DNA of 62,416 nucleotides, the filler included, from Circinaria calcarea (taxonomy: Eukaryota), in assembly GCA_051942165.1 (NCBI GenBank). It is 3 parts of 3 records of this genome, joined end to end, with 100 filler letters (N's around TTAATTAATTAA, not from the genome) between each part and the next. Parts side by side here need not be neighbours in the genome. Positions count along the whole stretch, not along the records: positions 20,867 to 41,599 come from JAVECS010000165.1; 2 more parts are not named here. The stretch is one strand, 5' to 3'. The notes under the pieces were generated by a model. The model was not told where the DNA came from. It saw only the letters and a list, made by a program, of their open reading frames with translations, and searched no databases. Position numbers and translations under genes: made by a program. Each line of letters begins with the position of its first letter. Within the stretch, counting starts at the first letter, position 1. Of this stretch, positions 23,580 through 36,370 are shown one piece after another.

Positions 23580-25548
23580 TCAACTGCCCAGGCGTCTTCG
23601 TCGCCCTCGGCTACCACCTTCGGCACGTTGCGCGAGCACTTCTCGAAGCATGGGGTCGTCTTTGTCTTTATCGACGTGATGTACTCGAACATGCCTAAGC
23701 AAAACAGGCTTAGTATATGCTCATATTGGTATTGAAGGGAAGCAAGCGAACCTTTGGAGATTGTCTGGCCGAGGATACTTGTGCTCTCGTTCGGGACAGA
23801 ACGGACAGATATAGCCGGGCGATTGGTGGACTAGGCCATGTCTGATCATCTCATTCTTCCGTTTAAATCCTCTTCCCCCTTCAGCGCGACTGCATGTCTT
23901 GACAGGACAGTAGTGGGGACGACTTTGGGAGTGGACATTCGCGTGAGAACTAGTAAGGATAAGAATAATATCTCTAGCAGCATTCCTTACTTACTTAAGA
24001 AGATACTGGGTTTGGAAAGGGGGCGCGGTACAGCCGTCATGATCACACTTGAAATTCCCGTTGACTGACGACGCACTCCCCGGTGGAGGAGGTAAGACTG
24101 ACCGTCCCTCGTCGATATTCATTCGATCACCATTTGGGGAAGTGTCCGCGCTAAAGCTGCTAGTGCTTGGATAACCCCCAGCAGATATAGGTGTCGGAAG
24201 TTCGTTTTGCGGGATCATCCCATTACTGTAGTGTGCCCCAACCCGACCTGGTGGCGACATGTTTGTAAGATCTTGACCTTTTATAAAGGCATCACGCGAC
24301 GACGCTTCGCTTAAAGAACTGGCAGGTGACGGTTGAGTGGAAGGGTAAACCGGAGGGTAGCGCCCGCTGGCTCTGTTTTGGATGGTAGTGAATTGGGTTG
24401 CGTGTGAAAGGTTAAGATCATTGGGCGGAGAGTGTACCGAGCTATTAATGCTCGAGAATGGAGGTCGGCCCTGGTGCCCTATTCCATTCGATCGATTGCT
24501 ATTCTCTTGAAGCGTTGGAGCGTCGGCAAGCGAGCCCAATTGCGCATGCAACGACGGTAAGCTGTGCTGACCTTTGGGTGACTTCAAGGTTTGAGGCGGA
24601 CTGCTTTGCATAGCAGGAAGGGTCTCCATCGGAGAACCTTCTGAGATTGGTATAGCATACTGACGGAGATTTGGCGACTTTAGCTTTACATCGCTACTAC
24701 TACTGCCACCAGACCAAGCCTGGTGAGTGGAAGTTAGGCCGTTCAGTTTTGGTGAGCTAGCTCTCGAGGGCATGTTGCTTTCCACTGTATAGTTCGGCTC
24801 AGGCGAGATTGTAGTTTTATTCTCATTTGACTGACTGACTTCCGGCCCAAACCGGGATTTTTCACCAGCTAAAACTGCTATATCCTGACACCCTTGTTTA
24901 CCAAAGGAGCCAACAAGGACAGCTTCGCCGTGCGGAGGTAGGACAGTCGTTAATACCGTAGGACGAACACGGGTTTGGGTGTTAGACCCAGGTTGATCAT
25001 CAATTACATCTCCGAGCACATCCTGGCCATCCGCCAACAGCGATGCAGACCGTGCGATTTGAACCGCATCCTGGTCCCTCTGATCCTTCTCCACCATTTC
25101 GTCATCCGAACAGGAGTGATAGTCTGGGTCCAGGGGCTCCCGACCAGCTATCTCTGCTAGATCTGGGCGTTGTTGATTAGCGAGAATGTCAATGAGAACC
25201 TCGTCGCCTTGCGTTGGCCGCGTACGTCCGTGGCGTCGCCTTTTCCCGCTTGGATCGCTCTCAGGAGAAGGGGCACTGGCGGGCAAAGGTAGGAAAGATA
25301 AGCCTGGAGACGGCCGATTGTTGACGATCCTGGCCTTAAGAGGAGGGGTGTGGGAACAAGTTTCGTGAAACTCGTCGTAGTATTCGTCCGCCAGCTTCGA
25401 GACTGTGAGCGCAGAGAGGCTCTAGGTCCTCTCCGCATTGATATGCAAGGCAAACCCCAGGTCTCGTCTCAACACAGCAGCCTCATGTATGTTCGTGTGT
25501 TTGAGCTCTCGTGAATTATGATCAATAGCCTCGGACCCTTTCATCATC
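23580..25548 (-). CDS. C2H2 zinc-finger transcription factor; introns 23695-23751 and 23950-23994, plus a probable 5' intron (start uncertain)
   Basis: Spliced C-terminus FKCDHDGCTAPPFQTQYLL|NSHANVHSQSRPHYCPVKTC...GFKRKNEMIRHGLVHQSPGYICPFCPEREHKYPRPDNLQR|HVRVHH...RGRRRRLGS*, preceded by a Ser/Pro-rich region (ORF 23991-25286). Confidence 0.88.
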
Positions 25549-26580
25549 GAATATAGTCAGCTTTGCCGCAGCACATAATCGGCTGCAACCTAGGTAACAA
25601 CTGAGAGCATGGTCAGACAACATTACAAGGACAAGTTCAGCAGATAACGTATATGACGCCAAAAAGAACCGGATAGACCCCAGTATGCGCATGTATTTTG
25701 ACTTGGCTACTGGGCTTCAGAGAAGACTCGGGAACGTTGCCGGATCCGACTGAAGCATGCCAAGCACAACACCAATAGCAACGGCGAGTGGTGGTGACAT
25801 GATGACTAGGAAGCACGCTGGGACTCATAGCTGTGCTTCGCAGAAGTTTGGTAGGCATGCAAACGTAGCTTGTGAAGTGGATGGCAACAAAAAGCTTATG
25901 TCAAAATACTGCAGATTCGCAGAAGAAGTCTGCCCAGAGATAGATGGTCGGGTATGACCGACAGGTGAGGGTTGATGGAGATGGTCGTACCTGATAGATT
26001 CCCTCGATTCTACGGGGTGTTAAAGTCTTCCACAGAGCCTCAAAGCTTAAATGACTAAAGTAGAGCCTCTTCCGAGAGTGATCAGCACTTAGTCACTTTG
26101 CTGCTCTCCAGACTCGATGGTAACTTGGTTGCCTATCCTAGAGGTGATGAGGTTGTCCGATAATCGCAAGGAGAGAAAGGCCGTGATCCGTGAATCCGCT
26201 GCGGTCAACGCAGGCAAGGCTACGGATAATGCGTGACCTACGACGATACCGACGCTGGGTGCCTTCTGCGGATGGTTTGACGCGGCACGCGGCTGGGACG
26301 ATCTGTCTATGCTCGAGTCGTATGAGAGTAGGCCGAAGGCGCTGGTATCTAGAATGGCGGCGAGGGAAGAGCCGATGGGTAGGAATCGGCAGCGACGAGG
26401 TCGAGGTCGGCAGCTGCATGTCAAAAGGACGGACGATCCTATTGGCAGACCTTGGACGCTCTGCTGTTTGAAACATGATTGGGCGTGACGGGCCAACGGC
26501 CTGGAAGCCAGACGGTTGTGGTAGCCAGTAAGGCATAAGGCATTCGCCCCTACTGTAGGAAGCTCTCGTTACTGTCGCTG

Positions 26581-26645
26581 CCAGAGCCTGGAGCCTAGAG
26601 GCTAGAGGCTAGAGGCTAGAGGCTAGAAGCTAGAGGCTGGAGCCG
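26581..26645. repeat. 7-bp tandem repeat (GCTAGAG)n with degenerate flanking units
   Basis: cctagaggctagaggctagaggctagaggctagaagctagaggctgg. Confidence 0.9.
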
Positions 26646-26787
26646 AGAGGTGGCATGGGCGCCGACCCGACTAACTTCACAGCCATGTGCGGGGGAGTTG
26701 GTAAGCTTCGGCTGGCAGCTGCACGGGTTCGGGATCAGCAGCTGTCTGGAATCGAGGCTGTGTTCCTCCTCATCTGCATCGTCTTCT

Positions 26788-26819
26788 ATTCCATGATTCC
26801 ATGATTCCATGATTTCATG
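26788..26819. repeat. 8-bp tandem repeat (ATTCCATG) x4, last copy imperfect
   Basis: attccatgattccatgattccatgatttcatg. Confidence 0.9.
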
Positions 26820-27225
26820 CAGCGCTACGTCGACCGCGACGCAAAGAATCACCATGGGCAATCAAGCATCAGACCAGCCGTGTATCTACCGACTAAGGTA
26901 CCTACCTGCCTTATCACGACTGCCCTTTTCGATAATAGACCAGCAGTCGCCGTCCGGGACAAAGTCGAGGCTTCTACGATGATTGTCACTCTCGTTGATT
27001 ACTTTACCCCCGCCTCATCGTTCCCGCAAGGCAAGGCAAGGCTGGGCATCCTACTTCAGCTGCATATTACGAAGTGTTCAACGGCTGCTTACTGTTGCAG
27101 CAAGCGGCGTGTTCGCAAGACCACTGTGCCCCCTTCCTTTCCGAAGCCATCGGGGAGCTACGAAATGTAATGAGACAGCCGGCCCAAAGCGATGGGTCCC
27201 AACGTATTGTCTAGAGTTTACAGCA

Positions 27226-28289
27226 TCATTTGACTGCGGAATCCCTCCCATCAGCCGCTAATAAAGCTCGTGTTTCTCCATCCAGTCCTTCGTCGTCTTT
27301 TAGCTTCTCCACGCGCCGATAAAGCCAATAATGCTGGAAGATGAAGACGATATCGAAAACGATGCTGACATTTCCGAGTCCAAGCTTGACCGGATTTCCC
27401 GTGAGACCCGACCAGTCGTTTTGTAGGCTTGAGTCGATCACGAGTTGTGCGATTGATAAGACACCTCCTATAACATCCAGTAATATTTGCTCGATGCTCC
27501 AACCCAACGTCGATTTCCGCTTGTAGTTGGTCCATACCTGGGGCATATATTTAACGACCGTAATCAGCAACTTGGCATATCCCAATGCGTAAACCTAGCC
27601 CTAACCGTTAACTCCCTAATAAACTCCCAGCTCCCGGGCCCGTGGTAACTCAAGTCTTCGGGATGGGATATACTGACAACATCAATCCAAGCCCAATTGC
27701 TCGGGTCCCTTCCTCTATCAGCGCCTCTCACCAGGACCGTAGCAGCGACACATGCGACTCCCAGCATGCATCCGAATCCAATCCCTAAAACTCCTCTGCT
27801 TATCTTTTGCCCTCTCTTTTGCTTAAATCCCCACAACCTTCCCCAGAACATGCTCCAAGTAGCGACACTCAAGACCACAGCATGCGCGGCAAAGGCGACA
27901 TCGTTTACCCTGACTGTTGGCTCCGGGCTGACCGGGTTTCGTGCGGCATATTGGGCACGGATGAGAGGTGAGAAACGAAGGAAACTGTTGGAGAGGAAGT
28001 AACAGATAAACCCAATGACATTGATGGTAGGAAAGTCGATGGTAGAGCCGGTGGTAGATTGTCGTCGGAGGTTAAGGAGAGGTTGGGGATAGAAGGAGAG
28101 GGACCAGGCAAGGGTACTAGTATCCGTCAGGTCGGCCGAACGGGAGGAAGTGCGAAGGAAAAATACTATATCCATCCAAAAAGTCTAAAGTGGATGCCGA
28201 GTTAGTTAACAAACAATATATGATCCCGGAGCAGGGAATACTGACCGCGAGACTGCCTTTGCGAATTGGACAACTTCCGGGAGCGGCAT
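27226..28289 (-). CDS. Cystinosin/ERS1-like PQ-loop lysosomal/vacuolar cystine transporter; three introns, including an 18-nt exon at 28167-28184
   Basis: Spliced [32 protein letters not shown]...[12 protein letters not shown]...[23 protein letters not shown]...[17 protein letters not shown]...NPVKLGLG; two PQ loops. Confidence 0.92.
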
Positions 28290-28698
28290 ATTCGTAGGTA
28301 GTATCTAATCACAATTACAACATCATGGGAATACTGGACCTTATATTGCTGCTAAGAGGAGGCTATTGAGAGCCACACAGCCTTGGACTGCTGACCATAC
28401 ATGTCACGGCCCATGTTGATATCGGGTAGCGGGTATCGTATGCACGACATAGATTGGACCCCTGAATAGCTAAGCGCGTGCCGAGACCCCCAAGCACGCT
28501 GAGGCTATTCTTTATATAGTACCATTTTGAATGACACCCAATGTAAATGATGAATTATTGCTAGTACGACAATCATCTACATAGTAAGCGATAAACAGCC
28601 CGGGTCATTGTCACATATTCTCCAATCGCGTTGATGCAAAAGATTTAAATCCTGCCGAGCTGAGCCCTCCAATGCTGTCCTTAATTCGTCATGCTGCA

Positions 28699-31505
28699 TC
28701 ATCTCATTGGCTCGTACGATTCCTGTCCCCAAGCACCCACTTCGACTTCACTGTCACTCAAGAGTTCTATATCCACGACTTCACTTGCATCAAGGTATGT
28801 GCCTCCTAAACGTTCCAGCACAAGCCAGATTCGATGTCCTAGGCACATTTTGGGCGTAATATCAACTGCGTCGATTCGTAGTGCCATTAGATTATCGATA
28901 AACTCATCGTTTTCACTAACAGCGAGGACTTTCTTGTACGGTCCTTGTCCGTGTTCAAGTGACATCTTCAAAGGCGAGAGATTGGCCACCCTTGATGTCA
29001 GTGGTTGCCGAACCCTGGCACGTACTCGTGTGATGCGATGTACTTGCAGCGGAGCTAGGACCCGGTCTATACCCGATACAAACGTTGCTCTGGGAGCTTT
29101 GGTGACAAGACAACCGGCGTCTTCGAGAGGGACGGACTTGAAGGAGCATCTAACCATTGTCTGGACCCGAAGGGAGAATTTCCCACGCTGACCCTGCTCG
29201 AATGTTGAGCAGATTACAGTGTATGTACCAGGTTGAACATCTTGTATCTCAGCAAGGGCCGATCCTTTCCGGTAGTCACCGCTGTTGATAATGACATCCC
29301 GATTTGTAACGTGGGATATCCGCTTTCCATTGGTTCTCAACAGCTTGAGGTGAACAGCAAAATCCGGATTCTCAGCTACAACAAGGAGAGCTAGATCAGA
29401 TGATGAGGGTAATCCAATGCTGAACTGTGGATTCGTGTGGTAATAGGCGCTATTTGCGTTTCCTCCAGAGCTGGAGACGGTCCAGGCAGCGTGAGTGTTT
29501 ATTGAATACTTATATTTCTCAGCAGCCTCTTCAAGCGTAAGTGGCTTCAGCGAAAATGCAGACAGTGAAAAGGTATAGCTCGATAATGGTAGCTCTTGTT
29601 CCGAAATCACGATAGTGTAGACTGATCCAGCTGGAAATTCTAGCCTCAACAATATGTTCCAAGAGTCAACGTAAGGACTCCGAGTGAGAGCTCCATCGCT
29701 AAGAACAATTCTATGGCCATTACGATTGAATGCATATAAGCTCATAAAGCCCGCGCAGCTTCTCTCGGCCCTTGTGGTATTCTCAAGCTCATTTGGGAAG
29801 TGTCTGGTCAGAAGAAACCAAGCAGTCCCTCCACCTGTGCTTCGCACCGCATATTGAGGATTATTGTCGAACGAACCAAAGGCGCTTCTTGTGGTCGATA
29901 AATCCCACCTGAAGTGAACGTCCTGTCTATATGAGAATAAACCGGGGTTCCAGTTAAGATATATTGACTCAAAATTCTGAAAAACACCATCCATGTCCAC
30001 CCAGAAAGTTCCGGGGACAGGATCATTCGAGGAGACTGGTCCACCATTCTTTAGGTTGTCGAGATCTGAGAAACGTATATCTACTGGATGACGGTGGTTC
30101 TTCCATATGCTACCCTCGGACCAGGGATCTTTAACAAGAAACAGTCGATCACCACTTTCCGTTTCTTTCATATCAATGATTGCGTAGTCGTGCTCGCTTG
30201 CCAAACCCATACCTTCCTCTTCGCGTGGTGTCAATTTACCCGTACCCAGAGTAATGAGTACATCGCCGTAATTGAATGCATTGTATACTCGCCGCCAAAT
30301 AGCATGCGGTATGAGATCGTCGCTAACATCATCAGAACTACTAAGCCTAGCCAAAGAAAGGGATGAAACTGGTGGTAAGAGATCTAAGCAATCAGTACCT
30401 TTGTAGAAATAACTGCTCTGGAATCCAACCTGTTAATACTAATATATCTGTTCCTGAGTTGCTACCCGGGAAATCGTAACCACCTCTGACCTTAAGATAC
30501 GCTTTCTCAATGAGAGCTGGCCAGAGTAGTTTTTGATTGCTCCTATCTTGGACATGTAAGGTACGTGATGAGTTTGACGCCGGTAGACGACTGTCAATCA
30601 CTACCTTCCGGAAGCAGCCATTAAAATGCAACTTGAAAACATATTTGCCGTTGGGCGAATTGACAGGTTTCATACTTGTCTTGTCGAAAGGGTACATAAA
30701 TGAGGAGAGAAGCTGATGCTTTCAGTCTAGCTTGCGCAAAGAACCGGAGATGTATACTTACACCATCATAGCATCTCTCTGCCCTAGCTATGATTGCACA
30801 TAAGCTAGCGACGATAGAGCAGTCACTAGTCATATCTTGCACCAAATCAATCTTATTATGGGCAACCATAGGAAGCTCGGGTTCTTCAGACCGCTCGCCG
30901 GATGGCATATCGTCAAGCGGCATTGCTTCATCCTTGGGTCGTACCCACCCATTGAAGATTTCCATCTGGGCATTCGAAAACTTGAATACTGTAGGATCTC
31001 TAAGCATATCAGAGCCAAGTCCCAAGGATGTGTTGATCATGTCTGAATTACAACTCACGCAAAGCTCTGTTCTCCGTGCTCCAATCGAAACTCGTCAGCA
31101 GCAGGAGGACCTTTCCAAGGCGGAAACACACATCCGTGCAGCTTGGAAGCCTGCAGTAAGAGTATCTGTTCGCGAGTGGATAATTCCCGGGTTGAAGCAG
31201 GTTGCCTCAGGTTGGCTATAGTGGTGGTCATCGTTCGAGACTCACATATCTTATCAGAAGGACCCTTGTCAGAGATGAGTGGTTGTTGGCTCGCACGCTT
31301 GACGAGTTCTACCTACCTGCGTCAAGAATCCTCGGCATTTCTCATCCAAAGTAATTTTCTGCTCATGCTCCGACGAGACCTTCGGCGCCAGTATACACAG
31401 CTCTGTACCATCAAGAGCTGCTACGCCTACCTCGTCTCCTGAGGTTTCCGCAACGAGACGAGAGTCAACGTCCTGAGGCCCATCAGCTTCATTTAGATCA
31501 ACAAT
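28699..31505 (-). CDS. palB: Calpain-like protease PalB/Rim13 (ambient pH signalling); several introns, first exon not resolved (may lie slightly further upstream)
   Basis: LSTREQILLLQASKLHGCVFPPW, DLVQDMTSDCSIVASLCA (catalytic Cys), FNGCFRKVVIDSRLP, LWPALIEKAYLKVRGGYDFPGSNSGTD, GLASEHDYAI (His), LVKDPW, and C-terminal C2-like domains with NPQY/NPQF. Confidence 0.93.
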
Positions 31506-31974
31506 CTAGAAACCAACCGCAAGACGGATCACGAGGTCGATGGCTTTACCCCAATCCCCATGGCTGGGCTGGCAGACACGACATGACCATACGCCTTGTA
31601 GTCCCGAGTGGTTTGCGATGAAGTTGGGAAGGTAGGGTTTGATGCTAGGGCTTTGGGAAAACAGCCTAGTCTGGTTGATAGGGCTGAGAGAGCTTACCCT
31701 CCGTACCTCGGTTGCCCGTGACGAGCTGCAAAACGCGGGCAACTTTTTGACATGCCCCCAAAGGATCGCATTTACTTGACCCAACGCTCGACTAACAGTA
31801 ATATCTGTAGGAGTATTTGCTCCCAGCCTTCTTTGATTTATCTACTTGTCAGCCCTCTCGTTTTTGGCTTTTCAAAAGCTCATGCGAAGGATTCCGCTTC
31901 TTGCCCAGGACAGAAATATTCCCGGCTTGGAACATTCCAAGTGGTACATACACAGATAGGCTGGAGCTGCTACA

Positions 31975-33154
31975 ATGGCTAGCAAAGCTGGACAACCGCC
32001 CCTGCCTCCATGGGGTAACGCACTTGCTGGTGCAACAGGCGCCGTGCTTGCAAATGCTCTGGTTTATCCACTAGACATGTGAGATATGCTGGCGAACGCA
32101 TGCTCGCAAAAGGTACCTGCTGACTTCTTGGCTGTTTTCAAAGAGTTAAGACCAGATTGCAGGTACAGGTGAAGAGCAGATCGACGGATGCAAAACCTTT
32201 GACCGTAAACGATTCTCACTACACCTCCACAATAGATGCGTTAAAGAAGATAGTGGAGGATGAGGGCCTTCTAGGTCTCTACTCCGGGATCAACGGGTCA
32301 TTGATCGGTGTAGCCTCAACGAACTTTGCCTATTTCTATTGGTATTCTGTCATCCGCACCCTCTACGTATCGTCACAAAAATTACCATTACCTCCGAGCA
32401 CAGCAGTCGAGCTCTCACTCGGAGCATTAGCAGGGGCCGTAGCTCAGGTCTTCACGATACCGGTGTCTGTAGTGACTACTCGCCAGCAGACACAACCCAA
32501 GTGGGACAAGAAAGGCTTGTTTGATACCGGGCGAGAAGTGATCCACAGTGAAGATGGATGGACAGGTTTATGGCGAGGGCTGAAAGCCAGTCTTGTATTG
32601 GTGGTCAACCCAGCCATTACATACGGAGCATATCAAAGATTAAAGGAGCTCCTTTACCCCGGAAAGACCAATCTTAGGCCATGGGAGTCATTCTGTACGG
32701 CCGGGCCACCCTGTCACTTGTTCCTCCTGCTTATGGTGACTTAGTACTCGGTGCCATGTCCAAGGCTCTAGCAACAATCCTCACACAACCATTGATCGTA
32801 GCAAAAGTAGGGCTTCAATCCCGACCTCCACCGGCTCGGCAAGGGAAGCCTTTCAAGTCGTTCATTGAGGTGATGTCTTACATTGTCGAGCACGAAGGTC
32901 CACTGTCTTTATTTAAAGGGATTGGACCACAGATTACCAAAGGATTGCTGGTGCAAGGGCTTCTAATGATGACCAAGGAAAGGTAGGCGCCATAAGCTTC
33001 TACAAAATGGTCTCTCTAACCGAGTGACAGGATGGAGATCCTCTTCGTATTACTATTTGCCTACCTCCGCCGTCTTAGATCGGAGAAATTACAGAAAGTT
33101 GCCGAGGCCCTCGCAGCTAAGGCCAAACATACCATGCCAATTACTACGAAATAA
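31975..33154 (+). CDS. ANT1: Peroxisomal adenine nucleotide transporter (SLC25 carrier family); three introns (~32079-32143, 32695-32745, 32983-33030)
   Basis: PPWGNALAGATGAVLANALVYPLDI|VKTRLQVQ, STNFAYFYWY, LVLVVNPAITYGAY, TQPLIVAKVGLQS, GIGPQITKGLLVQGLLMMTKER. Confidence 0.92.
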
Positions 33155-33522
33155 AGCGTCATGTCATATATCGGCAATCCCTTCTGTACATATTTGAACC
33201 CGTCGGCAGATCTCTTGTACATAACGATTAGCACAATGTGAATCTTGGGAGCGGGATGAATTGTAGCGATTTGTCGTTATCGTGTACATATTCAGTTAGT
33301 TACTAGCTTCAGAAAATTGATGAATATACTCACTCATTTACTTATCATGTATTAGATAGTAAAAGTCAGTTTATTGTATTGATGTAGATTTTCCACGTCC
33401 CCAGTTTAGGGAATAGTCCACCCTAGCCGCACCAGAGTTAAGCGAGATGTTTGATATCTTCAAATTGCACGACAATCAAGCCTTTGCAGATCTGCACACT
33501 ACACGACCACATCACCATCACG

Positions 33523-34055
33523 ATGGCCAGTAAGTCGCATCCGTCTAGCTTACGCTATCTGCATTCGATCCTCTCTAACCCTTTCTTCCCCCACAGAATC
33601 CAAGAACTCGTCCCAGCACAACCAGAGCAAAAAAGCCCACCGCAACGGGTGAGTTCCTCCCTAGAGAAGATCAAAAACCCCCCCTTTTCCCTCTACATCA
33701 AATCGCCAAGATCTTCATCCCCTTTGCAAATTCAACCCCCCACCCACCCGCAAATTCCCATTTCCAACCTGAGCGGCATCGAACAACGCTAACACGGCCC
33801 CCAATCCTATGTTGGTAACAATTAGCATCAAAAAACCCAAAACGCACCGCTACCCTTCCCTCAAAGGCACAGATCCCAAGTTCCGGCGGAACCATCGGCA
33901 TGCGCTGCATGGGACTATGAAGGCTTTGGTACGTGAACCTTTCCCAAACCGCACAAATCTTGGGAGGCATGTGGACGGATAAAAGAAAGGGTGGTACTGA
34001 TTTATGGGGGTTTTTGCAGAAAGAGGTCAAGGAGGGGAAGAGGGATACAGCATAG
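33523..34055 (+). CDS. RPL29: 60S ribosomal protein L29 (eL29); three introns
   Basis: Spliced [65 protein letters not shown]. Confidence 0.96.
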
Positions 34056-34720
34056 CTGGAGAAGTGGACTTAAGTGACGGGGTGAGCAATGGGGCTGGAG
34101 GGGATCCGGATATTCATGCTGTCTGACCCCGGGCTATGCAGAGGGATGAGGGTGAGGTGAATTGATATCTCGAGAAAGGGTTCGTGGTGGAGAGAGCCAG
34201 GGCAGAGTTTCATCTGTGCGAGAATGACAATCTTTCCCATCATCACCCGTTTACCGCGAACCACGCCGGAAAGAATACCACTCCGCAGACGTTCGAATAT
34301 TCATGATACGCCAAACCTTCCATACTTTCTTTCCCCCTCCCTGCTATCCTGTTTTCTATCTTTCGCCTTGTGGCGCTTTCACACACAAAAAAAAAAAAAA
34401 AGGCATATGTGTGTACAGCTCCGCCTGCTCTTCCCATGCACGGCAGCTGAAGGATTAATCATCTTTGATCGTGCCAAGATACGACTCCCAGACCCTTTCA
34501 TTACCAAACACCCTCCTTTTTCTTTGCTTTCAGTGGGGAGAGGGTGCATGGAGATTGGGTTATATAAAATCTTGGTTGCTTGGGATAGAATTAATGAGAT
34601 TGTTTGATGCGGAAATTAATATTACGTACCCGATTAACTAGACGGCCAGTATCGTGGAGAGGTGAGTTTCAAAAATTCGAATTAGAATACGCTAGGCTAT
34701 ACACAATCACGGTGACATTT

Positions 34721-36370
34721 TTAATCGGTAACAACCGTCCAGACGATCAATCTCCTATCAAAGCCACCGCTAACGACCCATTCCTCCCGGTCCCTCTCAT
34801 TGCCTACCCATCCAGCCCAGATGCTCCTGATCTTGCTGCCCGGATCATGCCCACCCTTCAAAGATACGATAATCTTCCCCGTCTTTGCTTCTATACCTCT
34901 CAAAGCGCCGTCATCGCCATTGACCCACACTCCTGAGCCGTCGGGACGCCAGCAAACCTGGGGGGTCGAATATGGGGTCTGTGGCGCTAATGTGCTCGAG
35001 TGTACTAGGATCGCTGCGTCCTCTCTATCCTGCCGAGCGAGACTCATGCGTGTCTGCGCCGCTTGCGTGGTTGGTTCTGCGGCCGCGGATGCCCGGGAGG
35101 GGAAGAGAAGGCGGACGATGATTAGCTTCATGTGTGGGATCGCCGAGGTTGCGATAGCGAGGAGAGTCGGATCTGTAGGCGACAATGCTATGGAAGACGG
35201 GGAGAATGCAATCCAGGCGTTCGAGTGCGGTGCGAGGTTTTGAGAGCCAGCGAGCTGCAAGTCTAGAAGGCCTGATGAATTTCCGGTTTCTATTGGCAGG
35301 GAGGGTAGGCTATAGTAATAGAGCGAAGTGGAATCCCGTCGCGTTATGATAAGATACAGAGCGCTTGTATCCGGATCGGAGGCGAACAGTAGCGTTTCCG
35401 GATTGGTAGGTAGGGTTATTGATGCTACCGGGGAGCCTAATAACTCGTAACCCTCTCTGATGCTCTTTTCCAGACGATACAGCAGCACCTTCGCATCCCA
35501 GCCCGCCGTCGCCACCCACGCACCATGTGCATCCTCCCGCGCCGTGACTTTGACGACATACTTCTGATGGTCCCGGCGTTCCTCGAGGATTCGATCTTCG
35601 GAATGGTCATAGAGCACCACCTGCCCTGACATACCGGTCGTAATTGTCGTCAGCTTTGATGCATGCAACACGTGACAAGACAGGATCGGCGAATCGTGAA
35701 GGGAGGTATGCGATCTCATCAGGTCGAAGTCGGGGCTCGGGGATAGGAGATTCAAGCGCCGGTCTGCCGTCGTTGCGAGGAGGACCTGCGCGAGCCCGTT
35801 GGAAAGGTGGGGAGTTGGACATGGCTCGATGGAGACGTGGAGGAGGTTCGAGGATGCGGAGAGGGTTGATACGATCAGGGGCGTGGATGGAGCTAGAGGA
35901 TCGGGGTTAGTTGCTGGTTTCCGGATACGTCTGATTCTTCTCAATCGATCATCTCTTCCATTCAAGTAAACCCTACGCAGAACTCCCTCCTCTGAAGCCG
36001 AGAACATTTTCCCCCATGCTCATTCTCACAGTAAAAAATTACCCATTAAAACTTACCTGGTACCTTCCAACCCCTCACCCCATCCCCATCGCCAACCCTC
36101 TCAAACCGCACACTAGTATCGAAGATTTTCTTCTCCTCCAGGATCTTCTCAATTGTCAAGTCACCCTTTTCAATTGTACCCGAAGCAGGCGGGAGCCCGG
36201 CTTCCTGGAGGAATGCATCGAGAGTCTGTCCCCGTTCGCCTCTTAGCAAATCAGCATCGTCACAAAGCCGGACTTTTTGGGAAAATTTAGGATTTGGGGC
36301 GTACGGTGATGTAGTTGTTGGATTTAAGGAAGCGGGCGACGATTATGGCGGGGGAGTCCGTTGCTGGCAT
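34721..36370 (-). CDS. LisH + WD40-repeat protein; two introns near the 5' end
   Basis: Spliced N-terminus MPATDSPAIIVARFLKSNNYIT|TLDAFLQEAGL (LisH-like), then WD-type blades VATAGWDAKVLLY, WVNGDDGALRGI, VVSGGFDRRLIVW. Confidence 0.85.

Noticed and set aside
27591..27610. CCTAGCCCTAACC as a telomeric repeat or telomerase template
   Set aside because: It is a single imperfect unit at the acceptor end of a cystinosin intron.
33649..33826. Long second intron of RPL29 as a box C/D snoRNA host
   Set aside because: A CTGA is present, but there is no RTGATGA box C and no rRNA guide I could identify; an Rfam/snoscan search could overturn this.
34387..34401. Poly-A tract as a retro-insertion tail
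   Set aside because: No target-site duplication or adjacent retro-copied sequence was seen; it is an ordinary intergenic homopolymer.
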